A DNA stretch of 64,000 nucleotides from a virus: positions 1 to 64,000 of the IMG/VR virus record IMGVR_UViG_3300010399_000035. One strand, 5' to 3'. Shown piece by piece: positions 58,273-64,000 of the stretch (positions are counted from its first letter, which is position 1; each line of letters starts with the position of its first letter). The translations under genes were made by a program, and so were the position numbers. Under the pieces are notes generated by a model that was given only the letters and a program-made list of their open reading frames with translations, had not been told where the DNA came from and ran no database searches.

Positions 58273-58326
58273 TTGGGTGGGCTCCTTTGGTAGGGTCGGT
58301 CTTGGTACGACTTGGTTGACAGAGTA

Positions 58327-58386
58327 TATTATGCCCGATCTTGGGGTGTTTGGGTGGGGTTTATTGGGGTATTTTCGGAATTATTT
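58327..58386 (-). promoter_or_regulatory. Early-type promoter CAAAC-N7-GATCGG-GCATAAT
   Basis: Matches the promoters at 34.7 and 63.6 kb; upstream of the DUF932-like gene. Confidence 0.6.
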
Positions 58387-58610
58387 GATGGTAGGTTTCG
58401 TACCCAGAAATCTTTGATGGCGGCTTCCTGGTTTTCGTAGGTATAGGGAAGTGTGGTTAGTGACTGATTTGGGGCGGTTGGCAAGTATTCGCGTAGTAGA
58501 TCGACGTAATAGTCGCATAGTCGCTCCACTGATTTCAGGTATTTAGCTTGCCGTTGGCAGCGGCGATAGGCGTGATGTGGGTTGCGGAGCCTTGGGTTGC
58601 TGATGAGTTT

Positions 58611-58638
58611 GGGCGTTCTTCTGGGAGAGATGCTCCGC
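58611..58638 (-). repeat. Dispersed motif copy
   Basis: rc GCGGAGCATCTCTCCCAGAAGAACGCCC. Confidence 0.9.
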
Positions 58639-58711
58639 GTTCGATATATAGTGTTTAATTGCCGCGAATAGGTTGGGTGGCCGTATATGGTGGAAGGGTA
58701 GGTTGGGTGCT

Positions 58712-58936
58712 TCATTTCGATTGGTGGGTGCGGGCTAACTGAGCTTTATAGTTTAGTGCGACAGTCTTCCACTGATCCCGCTCCCAGGTGCGAGTTTCGA
58801 GGATCATTTGTGTAGTTTGAAGTTGGTGGTTGGCGGACTGATGTTGCAATTCGTCAACGATCATAAACGCGGTAACCAATGCGGCTAGCACAAGCTGAAC
58901 CAGACCTATAAACATAGTGTCGTTGCGTGGTTTCAT
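58712..58936 (-). CDS. Small membrane protein
   Basis: N-terminal TM segment. Confidence 0.45.
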   Translation of the reverse strand: MKPRNDTMFIGLVQLVLAALVTAFMIVDELQHQSANHQLQTTQMILETRTWERDQWKTVALNYKAQLARTHQSK

Positions 58937-59883
58937 TGTGGCTCGCTTGGCTGGCTATGGTGGTAGCGGAGGGCTTGTTGGATGAAGTCATGGACGTGGT
59001 CCGCTAGATTCACGGATTTAAGGAACTGAACTTCTTTCAACTCTAGACAGTTAAGGCTGCCTGGGTGGTTTCGTTCCGCCTCGCGGAGGGAGTCATACGG
59101 TACGACTGTGTAGAACAAGTGGATTTGGTATTGGGTTGGTTGGGTTTGGTCGGGTTGATACGCTGGGAATGCAGAGTAGTAAGTCCAATCATCGTAGCTG
59201 GTAGAAAGGCCGGTCGTGGCTTCGAAGACCTCGGCCATAGCGTGGTTGAACGAGTAGGCTGGATCGGTTTGGGTGGTTTGGGTGGTTTGGGTGGGCGGGT
59301 AGAGAGTACCTACCCCGCTCCACAGATGATCATCGTTAAGCGGAGGTAGGGTTAGCTTGTCGGACTCGCGCAGGAGTACGCGTTTGAAGTCGGGCGTGAA
59401 GGCGAAGCCAAGTACGTAGTCGGTGTGGGATTGGGATGGTGTGAGCGGATGGTTATCTAACAAAGTTATGAATTGGTCCGCCATTGCCACTGCTCTGGAT
59501 AGGGCCGCTTGTTGGTCGGTGTCGGTGTTGCGAATGAAGTGGGTGGCGAACTTCAGAGCTATCTGGTCGCGGCGGGATAGTTGAGTAGGCGCGGCCCAAG
59601 CGGATATGGCTGTGAGTTCGCTATCGTTATTAGTAATTGGGGTGAGTGTGGGTTGAGTGAATGGGTTCGGTTCGGAGCGGGGCGGAGTGTATGGTGCTTC
59701 GGGATCGGTAGAGGCGTTGGCTTCCAATAGCGATAGATAGTCTAGGAAGCCAGCGTAGTCGAAGGTTAAGTATTCCTCCTTGCCTAGTTCGTGAGAGCGA
59801 ACTCTACCTTCGTGGATGGTGGCGCGGAGACCTAGTGCGGTGGCACGGTCGAGGGTTACTTGTTCGTTGGTAGTTGGTTCCAT
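58933..59883 (-). CDS. Protein with degenerate NUDIX-like C-terminal domain
   Basis: YVLGFAF..VLL, WSGVG, AMAEVFEATTG. Confidence 0.5.
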   Translation of the reverse strand: MEPTTNEQVTLDRATALGLRATIHEGRVRSHELGKEEYLTFDYAGFLDYLSLLEANASTDPEAPYTPPRSEPNPFTQPTLTPITNNDSELTAISAWAAPTQLSRRDQIALKFATHFIRNTDTDQQAALSRAVAMADQFITLLDNHPLTPSQSHTDYVLGFAFTPDFKRVLLRESDKLTLPPLNDDHLWSGVGTLYPPTQTTQTTQTDPAYSFNHAMAEVFEATTGLSTSYDDWTYYSAFPAYQPDQTQPTQYQIHLFYTVVPYDSLREAERNHPGSLNCLELKEVQFLKSVNLADHVHDFIQQALRYHHSQPSEPQ

Positions 59884-59893
59884 GGTATTTTTA

Positions 59894-59921
59894 GGGTCGT
59901 CCTCTGGGAGAGATCCTCCGC
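59894..59921 (-). repeat. Dispersed motif copy (intergenic)
   Basis: rc GCGGAGGATCTCTCCCAGAGGACGACCC. Confidence 0.85.
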
Positions 59922-59994
59922 GTTCGAGCCTTTCGCGTTAGTAGTTAGTGTTGATTTGGCGAGTTTGCATAGGAGCATTCGGTGGGTGGGCTCA

Positions 59995-60459
59995 TCATGG
60001 TTGTTTGAATCGGTTCCAATTATGTATAGCTGTCGCGTTCGTGTAGCATTCGGGGCCACGCGCTGCGCACCGAGGGCAGCGAACGTAGAGGATTGGTTTG
60101 TAGGTTGGGTGGGTATTTTCACGTTGGACGGCAGGAAGTGTTTTGTCGTCTTGGCAGAATGGGCAAGCGGAGATTGTGGGTAGTTCGGGTGTTGGTTCTG
60201 TGGTATTGGTATTGGTATTGGTATTGGTATTGGTATTGGTATTGGTGGTGGGTTTATATATTGCTTGGAAGTAGACTGGTGGGTATGGATCTCCGGGGCG
60301 GGCTTCGTTCGGGTTGGGCTGAATAATGGCAATGCCGCCGATGGGTTGCCAGCCGGTGTTGTGGGTGGCTTGGGCGACTTGCTGGCATAGCTCATAGCAG
60401 CCGTCAGCGGAGATGATGCGATAGTTGATATCGTCTGGTATTTGAATTGGTGGGTTCAT
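59995..60459 (-). CDS. DUF1737-like domain, TN-repeat linker, Lar-like Zn ribbon
   Basis: GWQPIGGI..FQA; CPFC..VRCPRC..GP..AIHNWN. Confidence 0.65.
   Translation of the reverse strand: MNPPIQIPDDINYRIISADGCYELCQQVAQATHNTGWQPIGGIAIIQPNPNEARPGDPYPPVYFQAIYKPTTNTNTNTNTNTNTNTTEPTPELPTISACPFCQDDKTLPAVQRENTHPTYKPILYVRCPRCAARGPECYTNATAIHNWNRFKQP
60201..60246. repeat. Hexanucleotide microsatellite (TGGTAT)7
   Basis: Seven perfect units plus a partial unit. Confidence 0.95.
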
Positions 60460-60461
60460 TA

Positions 60462-61034
60462 TTATTGTTCGCTTGGTGGACGCACTCGGACCACCCGCCT
60501 CGGTTTCGGTTGGTATTCGATCATTCGCTTGAGTTCTATGTCTACTTCAATCGCGCGGGGATCGTCCGGAGGGTAGCAGTCAAGCTTCACAAGTAGCTTG
60601 TAGAGTTCGAGGATATAGGCTAAGTTGGGAATGGTGGGATCGCATAGATTGATAAGAATGGAACGAGCGGTTTCGATTCGCCTGGCACGGTGGCGAGCTT
60701 GAGTCTGGGGATTGGTGAAGGTGGCGGTGAAGTCTATGGTTGGTGGTGGCGGTTCGTAGGTGGGCGTGGGCTGGTCGGTGGAATCTGTGGGTTGGGTTTG
60801 GTATAGTTTGGTGACCTCTTCTAGCTCGGTGTAGATGTCGTCGAGAGCGGGGTCTTCCTCGTCCAATGCTTCTATCTTACCTAGCAGATAAAGCATCCGA
60901 TAGACGGACTTAACCTTGGTAGTATCGGGTAGGGTGGGGTCCGCTAAGATTTCGCGTAGATTGTTTACGGATTCAGCCCGTTGTATTTCCTTAGCAGTTG
61001 GTGGTTGGTTGGGTAGAAACTTATTCAGGTTCAT
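60462..61034 (-). CDS. Hypothetical protein with internal duplication
   Basis: LADPTLP..Y.ML and LCDPTIP..Y.LL halves. Confidence 0.5.
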   Translation of the reverse strand: MNLNKFLPNQPPTAKEIQRAESVNNLREILADPTLPDTTKVKSVYRMLYLLGKIEALDEEDPALDDIYTELEEVTKLYQTQPTDSTDQPTPTYEPPPPTIDFTATFTNPQTQARHRARRIETARSILINLCDPTIPNLAYILELYKLLVKLDCYPPDDPRAIEVDIELKRMIEYQPKPRRVVRVRPPSEQ

Positions 61035-61407
61035 TCTCGGTACTCTCCTGTGGTGGTCTCTTTGGAGGATTTTCGTATGGGAATGCAGCTTCTAGACGTT
61101 CGTTATCTTCGATGTACTTGGCGCGGCGGATAGCGGTTTGGTAGGCTTTACACTGTTTGCGCAGATTATACTCAACTATTGCAACGGCTTTCTTGTGGCA
61201 GTTCTCGCAAACCATCCGCTGCTTAGTCATGTAGCGATCGTTTATGTGGTCATGCTGGGAGTTGATTCGCTGAACATATTCGGTGATGTAGCAGAAGTTA
61301 TACGATCCGCAGTAGTGGCAGCAGAGGAGCTCGCTGAGTTTCCTGCCCACTTCAGCTTCGCCTTCCAGTGTGACGTCGGCGACAGGCAAGTGGATATCGT
61401 TAGGCAT
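61021..61407 (-). CDS. Zn-finger hypothetical protein
   Basis: CHYCG...CENC. Confidence 0.5.
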   Translation of the reverse strand: MPNDIHLPVADVTLEGEAEVGRKLSELLCCHYCGSYNFCYITEYVQRINSQHDHINDRYMTKQRMVCENCHKKAVAIVEYNLRKQCKAYQTAIRRAKYIEDNERLEAAFPYENPPKRPPQESTENEPE

Positions 61408-61450
61408 CTTATGATTTACCGAATTATAGGCTCTAGAAGTTGTATGAATT

Positions 61451-61924
61451 CTACTGTGGTTTTGTTCGGTTCTTGTAGGCTTTCATCAGGTCGTTGAATA
61501 GTTCAAGGAAAAATTCAGCGTGCATGGTGGGGTCCACTTCTAGGAATAGTAGCTTGAGACGTTCGAGGGTTTCCGTGTGGCTATCGGTGGCTGCTAAATC
61601 TGGGTTCCGTAGCGCGTTATATAAGGAGAGCGGGCGGATCTGCGTGATGGGCTTGGCCCAACCGGAGCGCTTGCCTTGTTTGATTGCGCGTGGCGTGGCG
61701 GGCTTGCCGTAGACGATATCTCCTGGTTCGGCGTCGCAAAGCGGATACTCCAGCGCCAGCGTATGATCCTCGAGCAGCTGACGTGGCGAGCGATGCTCCG
61801 CTCGTTGCCCGCGTAGGAAGGCACATTCGCGCGACACCACAGTATATACGTGTCGATTTGGCGCTCCGCCCAAAGTCAGGTACCCGAGGTACACGTAATA
61901 TTTGCTTTGCAATTCGCCCTCCAC
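61451..61924 (-). CDS. Hypothetical protein
   Basis: ORF in early region. Confidence 0.4.
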   Translation of the reverse strand: MEGELQSKYYVYLGYLTLGGAPNRHVYTVVSRECAFLRGQRAEHRSPRQLLEDHTLALEYPLCDAEPGDIVYGKPATPRAIKQGKRSGWAKPITQIRPLSLYNALRNPDLAATDSHTETLERLKLLFLEVDPTMHAEFFLELFNDLMKAYKNRTKPQ

Positions 61925-62018
61925 CAGAAATTATGCCTCAATCTGAAGCGGCTGCGGGGCCTGTGAGAAAATAAATTGGAGGTTATTTTCGTACCACAAT
62001 TCGACAGCGTCAAGTTTT

Positions 62019-62045
62019 GGCCCATCTTCTGGGCAGGATTTCCGC
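62019..62045 (-). repeat. Dispersed motif copy
   Basis: rc GCGGAAATCCTGCCCAGAAGATGGGCC. Confidence 0.8.
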
Positions 62046-62311
62046 TGTGGTGGGCCGCGTGGCAGGCGAAAACAGGGTACGGACATGGACTCGTCCGTAA
62101 CTTAAGACTGACTGGGCTTAAAGCTGGGTTGGCTCATTTTGAGTGCTCCGGTTTTAATCGGCCTCGCCAAAATACGACCAAACCTTATTAAAACGGTGTT
62201 TCAAAGGGGCGAGACGAAGGACTGAAAATCGCCCCTCTCGCAGGGCTGTGTCACCGTTTTAAAGATTTCTGTTCGGAGTTCGAGCAAATCTGCGAGTATC
62301 CTGGATTAAGG

Positions 62312-62662
62312 TCTAGAAACGGTCACCCCAGAAGTTGGGACAGCGCACAGAAAATGTGCGTTTTTGGGCTCATCTGCGGATTTTGTAGATGGCTCAAATT
62401 CCACCGTTTTGGTTTTTGTATTTGGCAATTATTTACTTAAATTGACCATATATTAAAATATGATATTACTTAAAAATATCATGACAAAAAGCAAAAAGCG
62501 CATGACGAACGATACCCACCCATCCAGCAGTCGCAAGCGAACTCCCTGTCGCCGTTACCATAAGACGGACCAGGCGAAAACAGGGCTGGCCCGGTTCGGG
62601 GGCACCCTCGCCGCCCAACGCATCCGATGGCTGTCCCAACTTTCAAGGTGACCGTTTCTAGA
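62312..62662. repeat. 33-bp inverted repeats flanking an AT-rich core
   Basis: TCTAGAAACGGTCACC-N4-AAGTTGGGACAGC at 62312-62344 and its reverse complement at 62630-62662. Confidence 0.85.
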
Positions 62663-62762
62663 GTTCGACCTTTTCAGCGAGAAAAACGGAATTCCGCACA
62701 AATCCGCCAAAACCGCCCACTTCGCGCCGCGCCCAACCCGCCACCACTCGCTAACTATCAAC

Positions 62763-62790
62763 GCGGAGGATCTCTCCCAGAAGATAGGCC
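62763..62790 (+). repeat. Dispersed motif copy
   Basis: GCGGAGGATCTCTCCCAGAAGATAGGCC. Confidence 0.95.
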
Positions 62791-62826
62791 AAAAGAAAAC
62801 CCCAGCAGTGTGTAGCTGCTGGGGTT
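62791..62826 (-). terminator. Rho-independent terminator
   Basis: AACCCCAGCAG/CTGCTGGGGTT stem followed on the - strand by a U-rich tract (TTCTTTT). Confidence 0.75.
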
Positions 62827-62845
62827 GCTCCAAACTACCACGACT

Positions 62846-63223
62846 TCATAGACGATCCAACAGCCCACCTAACAGATGCACCATCATCGCGGCAGCTGCA
62901 GCCTCACGGAAGTGGGCCACTTGCCAGCCATCGCCGTTGTGGGAGATGGAGCCGGTGTGCAACCCGAGCAACTTGTTTAGGGCGTAGTCGTAGTCGCGCT
63001 GGACGGACTCCTTCAACTTGTCCTGCTCCGGATACTGCAGCGCGATTTCGGTGGAGCGAATGTAGCTCAGCTTCGCCTTGGCGATGATCCAAGCTTCGGT
63101 GTACATCTCCAACGACTCGGCGCTGGTGTAGCGATTTGGCACGACTTCGCACACAGCTTCCTTCGCGGACACTTCCGCTTGGTGCAACGCTTCTACGACT
63201 TCGGCCACGGACTCTAACTTCAT
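62846..63223 (-). CDS. Hypothetical early protein
   Basis: AAAGGAGA RBS before ATG at 63223. Confidence 0.6.
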   Translation of the reverse strand: MKLESVAEVVEALHQAEVSAKEAVCEVVPNRYTSAESLEMYTEAWIIAKAKLSYIRSTEIALQYPEQDKLKESVQRDYDYALNKLLGLHTGSISHNGDGWQVAHFREAAAAAMMVHLLGGLLDRL

Positions 63224-63388
63224 GATGTCTCCTTTGTTTTCGCTGTCGGTTTCAGGTCGGGATTCCGCCCCAAGGCCGGTTTGGGGCACTGGGGCGGAAG
63301 CGGGTAAAAGTGGGGGCTAAAGGGGCGCTGAGTGTCCGGAGCGGCCAAGTCAAGTTGGGTCGCTCCCGCACGGATTGCACGCCACCGA

Positions 63389-63580
63389 TCAGAACTCGTC
63401 GTCCTCGTCGGACGGCGGCAAGACTACGACGGTCTTATACCACTTAAAGGTCTTGGTACCGTCGGCATGGTGCACGATGATGTCTTTGCCGACCCGCTCC
63501 ACCTTGGTCGCCTTCACGGTCCGACGGTTGGATATCAGGACCTCCATCCCGCGAACGATTTCGTATGCTTGGACTTCCAT
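63389..63580 (-). CDS. Small early protein
   Basis: GGAGG RBS; directly downstream of promoter. Confidence 0.65.
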   Translation of the reverse strand: MEVQAYEIVRGMEVLISNRRTVKATKVERVGKDIIVHHADGTKTFKWYKTVVVLPPSDEDDEF

Positions 63581-63618
63581 TGCTTGCCTCCGTTGGGCCT
63601 GTCGCCCTTACCATTAAT

Positions 63619-63681
63619 AATTATAACCGATCGGTACAGGTTTGGGGGCCTTTTTAGAAAGTATTTTCGAAAATACTTTCT
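63619..63681 (-). promoter_or_regulatory. Early-type promoter with 26-bp perfect palindrome
   Basis: CCCCCAAAC-N7-GATCGGTTATAAT; AGAAAGTATTTTCGAAAATACTTTCT at 63656-63681. Confidence 0.7.
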
Positions 63682-63963
63682 GGCCGCTACCCGCCTAGGG
63701 CCTGTAGAAGGTGTCGCTGTTGAAAACTTCGTCTGTAGTGGGTCTATATTGCGCGTTCGCGGGGCGGGCGGAGCCTTGGGGCTGAAGGCGGGCAAACGGC
63801 CCTAGAAATGGCGCTGAGCGCGAAGAGCGGGGTATTTGGGGGTGTGGGGCGGGCGAATGGATGGTCCAAGCCACGCGGCGACCAAACATCGCACGAGGTA
63901 GGTGGACACCACCACGGCGATTGGGCCACACCAAGATGATTCGCTAATTTCCAAGCGTGGTCA

Positions 63964-63992
63964 GCGGAGGTATCTCTCCCAGCAGATGGGCC
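63964..63992 (+). repeat. Dispersed motif copy
   Basis: GCGGAGGTATCTCTCCCAGCAGATGGGCC. Confidence 0.9.
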
Positions 63993-64000
63993 TAAAGACG

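Noticed and set aside
59856-60395. 179-aa ORF with (PI)n repeat
   Set aside because: Alternative frame of the microsatellite; the 59995-60459 frame has recognisable domains
1326-63992. Dispersed 27-bp motif plus Cas4-like nuclease as a CRISPR system
   Set aside because: Copies are mostly hundreds to thousands of bp apart, in both orientations and inside genes; there is no repeat-spacer array. The nuclease sits in a normal Sak4/SSB recombination module.
1-64000. Stop-codon recoding suggested by frequent TAG/CTAG
   Set aside because: Core genes are full length in the standard code and several end in TAG at sensible positions
61925-64000. tRNA genes, integrase or att site in the terminal non-coding region
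   Set aside because: No cloverleaf with T-loop consensus and no recombinase ORF recognised

Overview
The window is most of a tailed (siphovirus-like) dsDNA phage genome with two convergent arms. The left arm (1-33.1 kb, + strand) encodes a partial C1 peptidase, terminase, portal, cargo polyproteins, a MuF-like protein, prohead protease, an HK97-fold capsid, a glycosyl/methyltransferase block, and neck and tail genes with a -1 frameshift chaperone. The right arm (33.1-64 kb, - strand) encodes a C5 methylase, primase-helicase, PolA, an SDR/ThyX-like/HD/NDT nucleotide cluster, SSB/Sak4/exonuclease, UDG, MazG, RuvC, SNF2 and many small early genes. I see no integrase, tRNA or CRISPR array. Four things stand out. 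(1) A ~27-bp motif, GCGGAG-N-TCTCTCCCAGAAGATGGGCC, occurs at about 30 well-conserved loci plus partial copies, on both strands and inside CDSs in different frames. It sometimes forms ~50-bp palindromes and once brackets a sigma70-like promoter. (2) Six copies of a K|(S/Y)x(D/E)DEPRDxxG(R/K)WT tag in four head-module proteins each precede an effector-like domain, suggesting protease-released capsid cargo. (3) The nucleotide-metabolism cluster sits next to a PolA with an altered fingers domain, hinting at modified DNA. (4) There is a shared non-canonical early promoter and an inverted-repeat-flanked AT-rich region near the right end. All family assignments are from motif recognition by eye; no database searches were run.
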